A stretch of 64,000 bases of DNA from Eukaryota sp. TZLM1-RC (Eukaryota > Protista > Metamonada: BaSk clade), in the NCBI GenBank assembly GCA_040285825.1, contig JAUPSS010000002.1, positions 558,001 to 622,000 on the forward strand, written 5' to 3'. The position numbers and the translations under genes were made by a program. The notes below the pieces were generated by a model. It did no database searches. It was not told the DNA's origin and worked only from the letters and a program-made list of their open reading frames with translations. Numbering within the stretch: position 1 is the first letter of the stretch; the number at the start of each line of letters is the position of its first letter. Below are positions 22,993 to 34,606 of the stretch, piece by piece.

Positions 22993-23598
22993 ATGTTCAC
23001 TCCTCAACCTGCAACTCAACCACAGCCTACACCTCCAGAAAATACTGCTTCTGATGAACTTTCTTCTCTTGATCTTGCTGGAATAATTGAACAATGGAGT
23101 ACCCGTTTGGAATCAGATGTTAATGAGTTTGCTTCTGCAGCCCTTCAATTGCAACAATGGGACGAAAAAATACGCCAAAATCAAACAAACTTAGATAAGG
23201 TTCAGGAAACTGTCACTAATTGCCAACAAGGACATCAAGTTCTAGAAACTTCCCTGTCTCAAATTGCTTCCAGCCAGAGCCATATTGAAAAGAAGATCGA
23301 AGAACTTGAAGATCACATCAAGACTTCCTCTTCTCAGGAAGATGAATCGATGGATGGAGATCGAGCAGAACTTCATCAGAGAACTATCACAGTTGCTGGA
23401 GACTTGGCTCGTCTGAATAGTGAGTTTTCTGATATGATCAACTCTTTAAATGGTCTTAAGCGTGAACACTCAATAGATAAGGACTATGAATCAATTACAG
23501 AAATTTTGAATTACCACAGTAGAATACTAGATAGGTTAGATCAAGAGTCGGAGAATTTACAAAAGGATATGGAGTTTGTTCACAGTCGAACTGGTTAG
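22993..23598 (+). CDS. NUP62: Nup62/Nsp1 C-terminal coiled-coil protein
   Basis: L..IIEQW...LE.DV.EF...A.QL.QWD..IRQN (Nsp1_C pattern) and C-terminal I.EILN.H...L..LD. Confidence 0.75.
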   Translation: MFTPQPATQPQPTPPENTASDELSSLDLAGIIEQWSTRLESDVNEFASAALQLQQWDEKIRQNQTNLDKVQETVTNCQQGHQVLETSLSQIASSQSHIEKKIEELEDHIKTSSSQEDESMDGDRAELHQRTITVAGDLARLNSEFSDMINSLNGLKREHSIDKDYESITEILNYHSRILDRLDQESENLQKDMEFVHSRTG

Positions 23599-24149
23599 TT
23601 TGTATTTGTGAAATAGTAATGTTATTTGATCAAAAATCGCCATAAAGCCGTTCTAAAGTTTGTTCATGAATGAACATGGAGTCTAATATTTAAGTTGAAT
23701 TGTGGAACTGTATCTATTGGCCATTTATGTGGTGGATTATGATGTAATTCATTTTCAGGGTGTGAGATAAAAATGGTGGTTTCAAGTCAAAGAATTGAAT
23801 TTTTAGATGAACAGAACACCACTTGAAATACAACAAACAATGATAGCACTGAAAAGAAATAAATGTGAACATCAGTGGGAATTGCGAAATTGAAACCAAA
23901 GTAGGAACTATCCTTTTGTGAGTCTAGGAAACGATGGTCTGACAATTACGATGGTCTGACAATTAATCATGGTTAAGGTACTCACTGTTGACCTACTATC
24001 ACTAACTCCATCTAATGAATTTGCTCAGATATCAATTATACCACATTATTTACTTGAGATTTTTGACAGACAGTTCATTTGTAGAAGTAAAGATACACTG
24101 TGTTATTCCACATGGTGCATTCACTTAGTCCTGAATTTCTGATTAGCTG

Positions 24150-24370
24150 AACATTGAAAAACCAAAAAAGAGAAATTGATACAGAAAGCAGTCGATATTA
24201 CTGTTCAAGGAATGTCAAGCAAAAAGGATTGCTTGAAGTATGGTTGGGATCATTAAGGTAACTTCTAAGTTTCTACAGCAAAACCAATCCCTAAACATTG
24301 CTACACAAAATTCATGAAATACTTGTGAAACGAAATGGGTTTGATGTCGTTCTTCTTCAAAACAATTTCA
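24150..24370 (+). pseudogene. Possible highly decayed Fanzor fragment
   Basis: Only KRNGFDVVLL, resembling LKRNGFEVLII of the 36537 copy; many stops. Confidence 0.25.
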
Positions 24371-24564
24371 ATGGAGCCATGTTTTCCTAAACATGAATCC
24401 AATAATAAATAGTAAGTATAGTAAAAAATAGTAAGTAGGCAAATTTGATCAACAACCATTATAAGTGGTGAATTCTATTTCAATTCAAAAAAAGGAGTCC
24501 GACTACAAGTCCACACAGATAATTTTGGTTAGAATTGTTATAATACACCTCGAGTAAAGAAGGA

Positions 24565-24920
24565 AACATAATCCTGTAAAACCTCTTGAAAACAAAGCGA
24601 AAGATATGAAAGATAGTAAATATGACAATGATATCAAAGAACTAAAGTTGATTGAAATAAACAACTTTTTTATTGCTTTCCCATTGGCAATAAACGGAAG
24701 ACTATCAGTAGAAGCAGCAAACTCTTTGAAAAAATTCCAAAAATTGGTTCAACAAAACAATGGATTTGATGTCTAATTATGGCGTTTTCGAATTCCATTC
24801 GAAATAATTAAAAGATAACCTCGGTTCTTACATCGAATAAGAGAAGGAATGTGAGAAAACAAGCAGATCAGGATTTTGTAGAGGAAATCTTGGTTCAATG
24901 AATTTAGTCCCATTAGTTAA
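24565..24920 (+). mobile_element. Decayed 3' part of RLE retrotransposon family A
   Basis: Nucleotide similarity to the family A C-terminus, ending GAGGAAATCTTGGTTCAATGA..CCCATTAGTT. Confidence 0.75.
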
Positions 24921-25252
24921 GATTATACATAGTGTTGGAGTTCAATATAATTACAAAATTCGTATAAAGTCCTTGTGATTTCAACAATGCCCAGATAACG
25001 GAGGAGTCTATTCCCAGATCGTTTGTTTCTACCTTGTCTGGTGATACCGAAGATTTGTATAATGCCAAACATGAGCACTACGGACCTGAGTTTGTCGAAG
25101 CTTGAAATAGTGGCTCAGTTGACGGCTTTGATGCTTTGACAACGAACGTTTCTTGATGGAAAATTCCTGTTTTTCTGGAAGAAAAATTCTATTTCCGAAA
25201 TTGTGTTGGAGGATTACTTTTTTGAACCTTCAACATCTGACTCTGTACAAGT

Positions 25253-26038
25253 ATGATTGCTCTAATTCTGTGTGAGGATCACGCTGTTGCTCGCTTTTTC
25301 ACTACATCTATCAACTCTGCACTTTTAAATGGTTCCTATGTAACTTCTACAGGAGCTAAAGTTACTGTGTCTGTATTAGGTCATGACCTAAACCCAACTT
25401 CACCAAACACTACACGAACAGCACGCTCAACTCTCCGTGCAGCTTCAGAACGGTCCTTATCCAGAGGTCATTTCACCATTGTGGATAAGCTTATCGGAAG
25501 TCGTTCCTTACGCTACGAACTATTTCATTCAGCCACCACTCTCTCCACAAGAGCCGGCATACTATACGTCAAGACCCCTGATCATCCACCATCTTCATTA
25601 GATCCTATAGAACCACCGTCCACTGCTGGCAAATGGGAACATCCTGTATTTAACCTAAACTATGACCCATCTAGCATTTCAGACCCTCTTTCGCTTCCTC
25701 AAGTGACTCACCTTATTGATTTTCTTTTAGGTAACAGATCTGCTCCTCCACTAGAACAACAGAAGGAAACTACGAATATTAAGACCACATCATTGTTTTC
25801 TCTAATAGATGCTTCTGTTTCCAACATCCTTTCTTATATTCCTTTTTTACCTGGAGATTCTATTGCTGAAAAGGGGGTCACTATTAGATGTGGAATAGAA
25901 AAGGTTATTGGTCCAGCTTTTATACACTCTTTGAGTACACAATTTAAAAGAGAATTGACTGTTATACCACATGATACTGATGCCATAGAAAAAGAACATT
26001 GTAGATTTTTGGAATTTATAGCTGACAAGTGTGAGTAA
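25253..26038 (+). CDS. KTI12: Divergent KTI12 (Elongator cofactor)-like protein
   Basis: RSTLR...ERSLS....IVD......LRYELF and EPP....KWEHPVF match KTI12 motifs; the P-loop is not recognisable. Confidence 0.65.
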   Translation: MIALILCEDHAVARFFTTSINSALLNGSYVTSTGAKVTVSVLGHDLNPTSPNTTRTARSTLRAASERSLSRGHFTIVDKLIGSRSLRYELFHSATTLSTRAGILYVKTPDHPPSSLDPIEPPSTAGKWEHPVFNLNYDPSSISDPLSLPQVTHLIDFLLGNRSAPPLEQQKETTNIKTTSLFSLIDASVSNILSYIPFLPGDSIAEKGVTIRCGIEKVIGPAFIHSLSTQFKRELTVIPHDTDAIEKEHCRFLEFIADKCE

Positions 26039-26042
26039 GTAG

Positions 26043-27026
26043 TTAGTTTTTTGAAAATTTATTTAAAAATGCAGATATTTTTGCATCAAATATTTGCAAC
26101 AACTCTGTTTTTTCTTTTTGAGTAAGAAATGTCATTTGGATTGAATTTCTGACAATGTCAATAAATTTTTCTAAATCACAATTCAACAGAGTGAAAACTT
26201 TTTCATACTCATCCGTAAAATTGGTTTTAAAAACACCACAGTCATCAGTACATATACTAAATAAGTGGCCTTGTTGAAAGAAATCAATTACTGGGTGATT
26301 ACCTAAGGTAGCTGATTCAGTAATTAGATTTGATGTTAGACAAACTTCAACTGGAATTTGGTGTTCAATGGCTTTCTTCCCGGCAAGTACAGCATGTCCT
26401 AATCGATCAGGCGATAGTTCCATGGTAGCGTTAATGTCTTCTAAAATATCAATTTCAGCAAAATGAATCGTGGTCTTGAGTCCAATATCCTTTGCTCGTC
26501 GAATAAAAGGGGCAAACTGAGATGTGTGTCCTTTGGTAGGATTCCCTGCAATGTCAATACCCCGAATAATATTGTTATGAGCGTTATTGATGGAGGATAA
26601 AAGTGAAAACCAGTCGTCTATATCAGGTATAACCTTTCCTCTGTCAAGAGCCAATATAAGTGTTACAAAATGTGGACGATGTTCAGCAGAGTTGATACCA
26701 TCAACCACAGCATTAAGGTAATCATATGCAGACATTTGATTGGTTGAATGTGATGTGGTTCTCAATTCCAGATATATTACATTGTCTAATGCTGCACATT
26801 CAACCGCTTCTTTTGCGATGCGACGAGCTGCAGAGGGATTGAGTGATACTTTGTGAATTGCATCAAAAACAACAAAGCAGTCAGAAAGTGTTCGGCCAGT
26901 TGGAAGATTGAATTCTTGCCCAAGGACATTACAATGATGAGCCAAGTTCTGTAGTGTTGTTTCAGAAATAGAACCATTAAGATGGAGGTGTAGTTCAATC
27001 TTTGGGAAATCCTTGAATGGAGGCAT
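26043..27026 (-). CDS. ADAL: Adenosine deaminase-like protein (ADAL/MAPDA, N6-methyl-AMP deaminase type)
   Basis: PKIELHLHLNGS, YLELRTT, GIDIAGNP, TIHFAE, PDRLGHA, EVCLTSN and CTDD.GVF.T. Confidence 0.85.
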   Translation of the reverse strand: MPPFKDFPKIELHLHLNGSISETTLQNLAHHCNVLGQEFNLPTGRTLSDCFVVFDAIHKVSLNPSAARRIAKEAVECAALDNVIYLELRTTSHSTNQMSAYDYLNAVVDGINSAEHRPHFVTLILALDRGKVIPDIDDWFSLLSSINNAHNNIIRGIDIAGNPTKGHTSQFAPFIRRAKDIGLKTTIHFAEIDILEDINATMELSPDRLGHAVLAGKKAIEHQIPVEVCLTSNLITESATLGNHPVIDFFQQGHLFSICTDDCGVFKTNFTDEYEKVFTLLNCDLEKFIDIVRNSIQMTFLTQKEKTELLQIFDAKISAFLNKFSKN

Positions 27027-27074
27027 TCAAATTCAACACAACAAATAGAATAGAATTATCAATTACACAATTAA

Positions 27075-27480
27075 AGCTCCACATAATCAAAACCTGGATC
27101 TCCAACATCGAAACAGTGAGTTATCAAAGATTCTGCATTCGATCAAAGAGACACTGTGAATCAGAAATTAATTTCACCTTTCCCTTATAAATTGAAAACA
27201 TAATTCTGTTTTGCCAACTATTGAAAATTCTTCCAGTCATTTCCTCCCCAAGTACGCTGAAATATTCAAGGAATGCTGTACCAGCTATACCTAAAGAACC
27301 AAACAAGGAAAAAAATAAATAGTTATAAATTATATCGGACATGAGAATTTTCATTGAAAGAAGATATAAGTTTCGCGTAATTAGCAATTTTGTATTTTCT
27401 CTCTGCAAGAAGGGGATTATTGACATCAGAATTAATTAAATGTTCATCAGAAGAATTACAAGGGTCAATATTCATACTAT
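27075..27480 (-). mobile_element. Decayed 3' part of RLE retrotransposon family D
   Basis: SLFGSLG.AG.AFLE.F...E.TGRIFN.WQNRI.FSI.KG, similar to 1276-1518. Confidence 0.7.
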
Positions 27481-27584
27481 AAAAGAATTAAATTGTGATA
27501 ACGAATCATGGAACTGTTTGGTTGAAAAGCGGGCGAAAACTACAGGAAAGTTGTAATCATCATTTTATTTTCAGGAGAAAGTGT

Positions 27585-28080
27585 GTGAAGTTGATAACCT
27601 ATCGTTCTTCATTACATAATGCTGTTAGAGACACTATTGTTAATATGGCACAAACTGCAAGAAGCTCGTGTATTAAAGAGCCTTTGCTGAGATAAACACT
27701 GTCATTGAACGAGTTTGAGTCAAATGATAGAGGTGATATATACTGTGATTAAATTGAGAACTCTGAAGCTGTTGTTGACTTTGTCTCATGCAATGTTGCA
27801 AATGACACTTTGGTTCACAGAAGAAGACTTAATCCTGTGGCTGCTCTTGAATTAAAAGCCAAAGAAAACATAGAAAATATGACAAAGATATCGAAGCAGC
27901 TAATGCTGATAGAAACAGACCACTTGTTTTTATTGTTTTCCCATTTTTCATAAACGGAAGACTATCAGTAGAAGCAGAAACTTTTTTTGAAAAATTTCCA
28001 TAAAATGGTTCAGGAAAAAACAATTAAAAGATTTGATATCTTTTTATGGCGCTCTCGAATTCGATTCGTCATAATGATAT
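27585..28080 (+). mobile_element. Decayed RLE domain fragment, family A
   Basis: KLITYRSSLHNAVRDT..SCIKEPLL and downstream similarity to 9040-9520. Confidence 0.8.
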
Positions 28081-28253
28081 TTCCATCAAATAGGAGAAGC
28101 AATGGACATAACAATGGTAAGTTCCAGTTAATATGCAACTATGAACTATAGATGAGATTCTAATAAAAACTCTAAAGGTGAAAGAATCCACTATCAAATA
28201 AATTTTACAGCAAAAAAGGTAATTTTTATACAACTAAGCACAAAAAAATAAAA

Positions 28254-30743
28254 CTAAGAGGAAAGTGTAATATTCTCAATACGGGCTGTTGTTCCAATTA
28301 ACCAGCTTTTACCCCAAGGTGTTAGTTGTGGCATGAACAAGTCCACAATACTATCCAAAGTGCTTGAGGTCCTATGAATAGCATATAAAGTAGTCAATTG
28401 TAACTCACTTAATGGTGGCTTGAAGGAAAACTTATATACTAAACTATTAGCAGGCTTGGCGAAATTTAAAACTACACCAGCTTGTTGTTTCATTATTCTG
28501 CCAACCTCATACCCTTCATAAACAACGTCAACATTTGAGGGAAACTTGACTGCAAGTCTTCCAGATTCTGCTGTTGTCACGTTAAGAATGACATCACATT
28601 GACTGTCATCACAATCGTATTGATAGTTAATAACTGGGGGATCAATAACTACTTCCTCCGCATTAACACAAACAGCATTTTCCTTTAATGGTACAAAAGC
28701 CTGGCATTTGGTTGTCTCAAAACCATTATTCAAAAGCTCCTGTTCTAACAAGGAGAGCGATGCAGGATGGGGCCACAACAATGCAATACGGGAATCATTA
28801 CGGTCGGGAAGAATTTCATGTTGTATGGTGTAACGAAGGGGAGAGTTTGGTGAAAATGGAATAGAAAACATCAACAAAAACAATAAAGGAAGGCTCATAA
28901 CAAAGAAAAACATCGCCAAGTACAAACTACTTGTTCTTTTAAAGCTATAAACAACGGAACACAAAGGCCCAAGTAGCAAAACTGAGACAACACAGACGCC
29001 AATACTGTAAACAATAGTGGATGGGAAAGTGGGAATAACTCTAGCAAAGTTCCCTGGTAATAACTGGAATAACATATATGCGACGGGCGAAGTTGTTGAT
29101 ACGATGATAAATGTAGATACAAAAAGGAGCAAAAGTGCAAACTTTGAGTTTTTGGATCGCAAATGAGAAGGAATAATTAATAACACCGATGAAATTAAAA
29201 CAAAACCAAATAAAACAGCAGAACCAAGTTTAAAAGTAACGCCAAGTAAATAAATGACGAAAAAAGGAATAACAGAAACAATCGAACTCAACATTGAATT
29301 CTTAACCCTACTCAAAAAGGAATGAACCGTTAGTAATCCACTCAAAGTAACGAAGCTAAAGAAAACGATAGAGATTTGGGCAAAACGGTGGAAGCTCATT
29401 GGTGATGTGAGAGAAATAATGTAGCTAAAGACACCACACATTAATAAAGGTAAAACTAAATACAAAACAGGAAAAGAAACAATTATACTCCAATTAACTA
29501 ATGAATGATTTAGTTTTCTTGTTTTAGGTGATTTTCTCAAGAGTAATAATACCATAGAAACCGTACCAACTAAAATTAAGCTGTGAAGAATAAGAGAGAC
29601 ATAAGGACCGAGAAGAACATTACCAAATAATGGTAAACTAAAAACAATTGAATCTCTCTTGTTTTCAGGCTCAATAACATCTGAATCAACATCAACATTA
29701 GATTCGCAGTAAGATTTAGTAATATCAAACAAAATTGCCAATCCCTCCTTGACTGATGCCCTCATGATCTCTTCTTCCTTGTCAGTTTCCAACCGGTCAT
29801 ACAGAGTATGATAGCGATCTGAACGTTCTGCAAAAACAAAGTCTGCTGTTGGAGCAAACTTTGAATAGTGATAGTAATCAGTCATTGAATCAATAATTCC
29901 AGAATTGAAAATATCAACACCCGTTCCACTAATTAACAACTTATTAGCTTTTGCGCAATGACGTAAAATCAACTGTTCAGAATCCCTTGTCCATCTAAAC
30001 AAGCTCATTCTACCACCAAAACCTACAGATTCCAGGTTCAACACAAAGCCAAGGAGATGAGGAAAATTAGTTACCACGACATGAGAATGGAAAAGGCCCA
30101 ATTCTTCACCATCGCCAATGATGAGATGAATGGGGTGGTTGAAGTTCAGCAAGTGTTCAGGGGTGGAAGCGATTGCCTTCACCAACTCAATACCCAATGC
30201 AACATTAACACCATTGTCAAAAGCCCCAGGAGCCCAGTGAATGGAGTCTAAGTGAGCTGAGATTACCAAACCAGGAGAATTTGGGTCTACATTGGGAGGA
30301 GAGATAGAGAGGATGGCTATACAGACGTGGGAATAGGATTCAGGAATGCCATGGAGATGGACTGTGCCACTGTCACAGAAAGTGGTGTAGTTTGTGTTCC
30401 AATGGTTTTCAATGGCCAGGGTTTCCAAATCAGGAAGGACTAAGTCAAAAATAAAAGGGATGACTTGATTATTTTGAGCTGGTGAACCCATGGGGTGAGG
30501 ACCGTGCTTGGTAATTTCACGGACAATGGAGATGGCATTGTCTATGGAGAAATGGTGAGATAGTCGATGGAGCTCAGATAGAGAGGTAGATGGATGTGCG
30601 ATGAGAATTGCAAGGAGGGTACCCGTAATGATAACAAGCAGAAACTTGCAGAAGGTAAGGAACGAGTGTTTCAAAGACGAGTGTTCTTGATCATATGGTG
30701 ATCTATAGCCAGGAATGTCTTTTGTTAGAGCGAGGTCTGCCAT
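28254..30743 (-). CDS. M28 family membrane metallopeptidase (ERMP1/Pff1-like)
   Basis: GPHPMGS, SAHLDS...PGAFDNG, DGEELGL, NLES.G.GG, S.TDY and YHT.YD, followed by multiple transmembrane segments. Confidence 0.88.
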   Translation of the reverse strand: MADLALTKDIPGYRSPYDQEHSSLKHSFLTFCKFLLVIITGTLLAILIAHPSTSLSELHRLSHHFSIDNAISIVREITKHGPHPMGSPAQNNQVIPFIFDLVLPDLETLAIENHWNTNYTTFCDSGTVHLHGIPESYSHVCIAILSISPPNVDPNSPGLVISAHLDSIHWAPGAFDNGVNVALGIELVKAIASTPEHLLNFNHPIHLIIGDGEELGLFHSHVVVTNFPHLLGFVLNLESVGFGGRMSLFRWTRDSEQLILRHCAKANKLLISGTGVDIFNSGIIDSMTDYYHYSKFAPTADFVFAERSDRYHTLYDRLETDKEEEIMRASVKEGLAILFDITKSYCESNVDVDSDVIEPENKRDSIVFSLPLFGNVLLGPYVSLILHSLILVGTVSMVLLLLRKSPKTRKLNHSLVNWSIIVSFPVLYLVLPLLMCGVFSYIISLTSPMSFHRFAQISIVFFSFVTLSGLLTVHSFLSRVKNSMLSSIVSVIPFFVIYLLGVTFKLGSAVLFGFVLISSVLLIIPSHLRSKNSKFALLLLFVSTFIIVSTTSPVAYMLFQLLPGNFARVIPTFPSTIVYSIGVCVVSVLLLGPLCSVVYSFKRTSSLYLAMFFFVMSLPLLFLLMFSIPFSPNSPLRYTIQHEILPDRNDSRIALLWPHPASLSLLEQELLNNGFETTKCQAFVPLKENAVCVNAEEVVIDPPVINYQYDCDDSQCDVILNVTTAESGRLAVKFPSNVDVVYEGYEVGRIMKQQAGVVLNFAKPANSLVYKFSFKPPLSELQLTTLYAIHRTSSTLDSIVDLFMPQLTPWGKSWLIGTTARIENITLSS

Positions 30744-30851
30744 GCTTCTGAGAATTTCACATCAAAGTGATACTCGAATAAATATCGCCAACACTCTCAG
30801 CACTAAGGGTAGTATACACTAAACACTTTGGAAATACGTTGATGAAAACAG

Positions 30852-31660
30852 CTACCGCTGTCTCCTTAGACGTCTTACACGCCTTGGCCTTCGGAATGGT
30901 TCTGGTCTAGTACCAGTGAAATACTCACCGATTGCAATCTCCAGATGATTTCTGGAGGCTGAGAGGTCCCTAGACCAGTTGGTCTCACATCGAGAGCAAT
31001 CGAACTTAGCGTTATTTACCCTTCCGACATCATCATATATCTTTCTATGGAAGACCTTACAGCAATTCACTTTTGCTGAGGTCATAAACTCGTCTCCTTC
31101 CTGACGTTTTCAAAGTGTTTTTGGATTTGATTTTAAATCTTTTCCGGGTGATTTCACAGCTTGACGCGATGGACTACCGCCACCACTGTCAAACCAAACT
31201 ATAGTGTTTCTTCCTTCAGACAAGCTTTTAATTTTTTTAATAAAACGGTTAGTCTCTTTTGTCTTCGTATGAAATCATCATACTTATTTCTTCTAAGTTT
31301 TTTTCTTGCACCACACTGCTGGTTTCCACACATATTTGAAGAATATTCAGGCCCTTTCTCAGATTCAGAAACATAACGTAAACTTTTCAATCAGATACTG
31401 GTGGAAGTTCTGAGCGGAATAAGTGTTAGGAGTTGCTCGAGTGAGAGGAGGAGGGTGATTTGATTTTTGTTTTTTTTTGGGTTTAGCAGTAAGCCACAAC
31501 CCTCAAATACAGGTGCAGAATTGCTGAAAAAACCAGCAGTCCAACCACAAAGATTGGTGTGGTTGGGAATCAATGGCTACAAAAATTTTCATTAGGATCT
31601 CGATAATTGGGCTGTTCATCCACTGGTAACCGTGGTCGTTGCTGTTTTGTTGAAAATTAA
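30852..31660 (-). pseudogene. Fanzor C-terminal half (family of the 46431 copy), frameshifted
   Basis: FVAID/PNHTNLCG, LRRNKYD.FIRRQKR, GDEFMTSAKVNCC, CSRC.TNWSRDLSASRN and RPEPFRRPRR. Confidence 0.88.
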
Positions 31661-31723
31661 GAAGAAACTACTTGAATACTAAAAAACAACTACCTACCAA
31701 CATTGACGATCTTCTCTTTTCTT

Positions 31724-32377
31724 TTAAAGTATATAATTAAAAGCACTGTGGCATTTAAAACTATTCTTCAAAATGATACAACTAATTTCATCTGCTACCT
31801 CATTCCATCCAAATTGGTCAAACAGTATTTTTGTTTTAGTGTAAAAACCCCCATGAACACTAAAAACGAGAGGAACAATTTGGTTAATTAAATTTAATTC
31901 TTTTAAAATTGAATACTTTGCAATTTTATCAGAATAAGCTTTCGAAAAAGCATCACTCCAATTATTACCATAACCTCCAACTATGGTAACATCAAAAGCA
32001 ATTTTAGTTGACGTTTGAAAGCCATCAACACGTAACTGCTTATTTAAACCAAATTTAAATTCCTTTTCAGATTCAAAATTATTTAATTCGTTAATAAAAT
32101 TATTTACCTTGTCATGTCTTTGTGTGACCATTCTTGAGACTTTTCTACATTGAAACGAGTGATCTAAGTCTAGGTCTCCATAACCACACAAAGGACATTT
32201 CACAAATTGTTCTCCTTGAAGCAATCTCAGATTTATTAGGTATTTAAAGCAATCATCTGAAAACGTGAAATTTTGAGAAATAGGCAAGTCTTTCAAAAAA
32301 CAAGATGATTGACTGTCACAATTTGAAATCAATTGTAGTTGTTCACATTCTGATAGTTTTTCCTTCAAAAGACTCAA
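31724..32377 (-). mobile_element. C-terminal Zn-knuckle and RLE region of a further non-LTR retrotransposon family
   Basis: CPLC....DLDHSFQC, RHD, LRVDG..AFDVTIV, K.AKY and PLVFSVHGG. Confidence 0.75.
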
Positions 32378-32448
32378 TTTTTCCTTATAAAAATATATAT
32401 AAGTATATATAATATACGGTTTATTAGTCTTGTATTCAGGTACTAGGA

Positions 32449-32848
32449 TATCTTATCTTATTTCTTTGCAACAGGAAATTGAAACTCTTTCACCCAATAT
32501 TTGGTCTAAATGTTTCCCCTCTGATATTGTGGAACTTCCTCCAAGAAGCTTGCTCTCCTTACCACTGACTTTTGCAAAATTGCAGAAAAAAATCTTGAAA
32601 GTTTTAGAAAACTTGGATTATATTGTACGTCTTAGCTTGGCTAAAGAAAAAAATCCCGTTTTTGCAAACTTTTTGATTGATCTTGAAGACAGTTGCTCAA
32701 GTTGCCTAATGTCCAAGGCGCTTTTAGCTATTGGTGTAGAATATGAACGTAATGCTGTGAGTAGATCTAGTAATAGTGATGCTTGTTTGGAGGATATTGA
32801 ATTCTAGATAGATTTTTCTTATCTCAATAAATATTGTAGTTAAAAAAA
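32449..32848 (+). mobile_element. Internally deleted family B retrotransposon copy
   Basis: Near-identical to about 160-385 joined to about 1055-1180; A tail; 10-bp TSD GGTACTAGGA at 32439-32448 and 32849-32858. Confidence 0.85.
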
Positions 32849-33171
32849 GGTACTAGGAAGAGATAATTGCGATTTGATTTCGGGTTTCCAAAAGTCAATA
32901 AATAAAATGAAGTAAAACATAATTTCTCCTTATAGTCCTAAACTTATGGGAAGAATTGCCATTTTTCAGTATTGAAATATATTAACTTTTTTTAATTAAA
33001 TTTATTTATTCCAATGCAAAACTAAACAACAAACTTAAAATTCTGTATCTTCATTCCCCAAATCAGCAAAGAAGAATTGATTGGAAGTCTTTCTTTCTTA
33101 ATACCGACCAAGAGATAACAAAACAGAAGATTACAAAGGAACATCATCTTTAAAAATAGAAAATACAATTA

Positions 33172-34093
33172 ATGTACTTATTGAATTTGCACACTTAATT
33201 AAATTAACTCATAACTAATGGGACGACTATCATTGAACCAAGATTTCCTCTACAAAATCTTGATCTGCTTGCTGTCTAGCTAAAGCTTCTCTAATTCGAT
33301 TGAAAAACCGAGGTAATCTATTAATAATGGCAAATTGAATCCGTGAACGCCATAAAAAAATCAAATCTTTTCATTGTTTTTTCTTGCACCATTTTTTGGA
33401 AGTCATCCAAAAAAGTTTCTGCTTCAACTGATAATCTTCCATTTATCGAAAATGGGAAAGCAATAAAAACCAGCCGTGTATTTCTATCGACATTAGCCTC
33501 TTCAATAATCTTTATCATATTTTCTATGTTTCTCTTTTGCTTTAAAATCCAGAGCAGCCACAGGATTAAGTTTTCTTCTGTGAACCAAAGTATCATTTGT
33601 ATCATTACATGAAACAAAGTCAACAATAGCATCAGAATTATCAATCCAATCACAGTATACATCACCTCTATCATCAGAACCAAAATTATTCAGAGAAAGT
33701 ATTTCCTTCAGCAGGGGCTCTTTGATACACGATATCCTTGCAGTTTGTGCCATATTGAAAACAGTGTCTCTAACAGCATCATGTAATGAAGAACGATAAG
33801 TTATCAATTTAGAGCAATTCAGAGCATGGCGCAAAGTGAGTTGAGGTGAATTCGAACAAATACATTTTTCTTCTGATAATAATTGATTAATGGGGATGTT
33901 CAAATATAATCTCATTTTTGTTACAAATGCTTCATTAGTGGCACACAATCCAAATCTTCGTGGTACAATGGTTACAAAAAGTGAAGAATCTGACGACTTG
34001 TTTTCACAAACACCCTTTTCCAATAACAATGAGTGAAGATCTTGATTTAAAACAGCCGAGCTGCATATATTATTAAAAAGATCTTTTTCATAA
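33172..34093 (-). mobile_element. 5'-truncated family A RLE retrotransposon
   Basis: Near-identical to 61960-62880; small frameshifts. Confidence 0.9.
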
Positions 34094-34606
34094 TTCTGTT
34101 CTGCCAAAACGTCTTGTCAATAACTCTTCATGGACGCTGTTTCACAATTGCAATAAAATCCAAGCATGATGAAGCAATTGGTCTAATAGAGCTATGTAGG
34201 GAGAATATAACTGGACAAAGGACATAATGAATATTTGATTCAGCATTCAACGATAGCAACCTTGCTTTATATTTAATAATTTTAGTTTTTACGGAACAGA
34301 CAAGGGGTTGAAATAACTTGAATAATTTCTCATTTTCCCTCTCCGATTGATCAGAAGAGATGTGGAAAAAACAATTAACCATCATGCCAGTTATGACATG
34401 TAGTAATCGCTTATGTATTTGGTTGATTTTTAGTTCTTAAAATAAACATTTTATTTCACCTTCTTGTTCTGTAAACCCATGGATCCAAAAATCCCCTTTA
34501 GTGCTTAGTTGGTCAACAATGGGGCAAAAGCTTTGGAATCTACAATTTGAGTCTTTTCAATACTGAATAATTTCATCTTGAATTGATTTGAACATCACTT
34601 CTTCAA

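Noticed and set aside
23931-23966. Short tandem duplications (also near 6081, 11345 and 43808) as excision footprints
   Set aside because: Cannot be distinguished from replication slippage without empty-site comparison.
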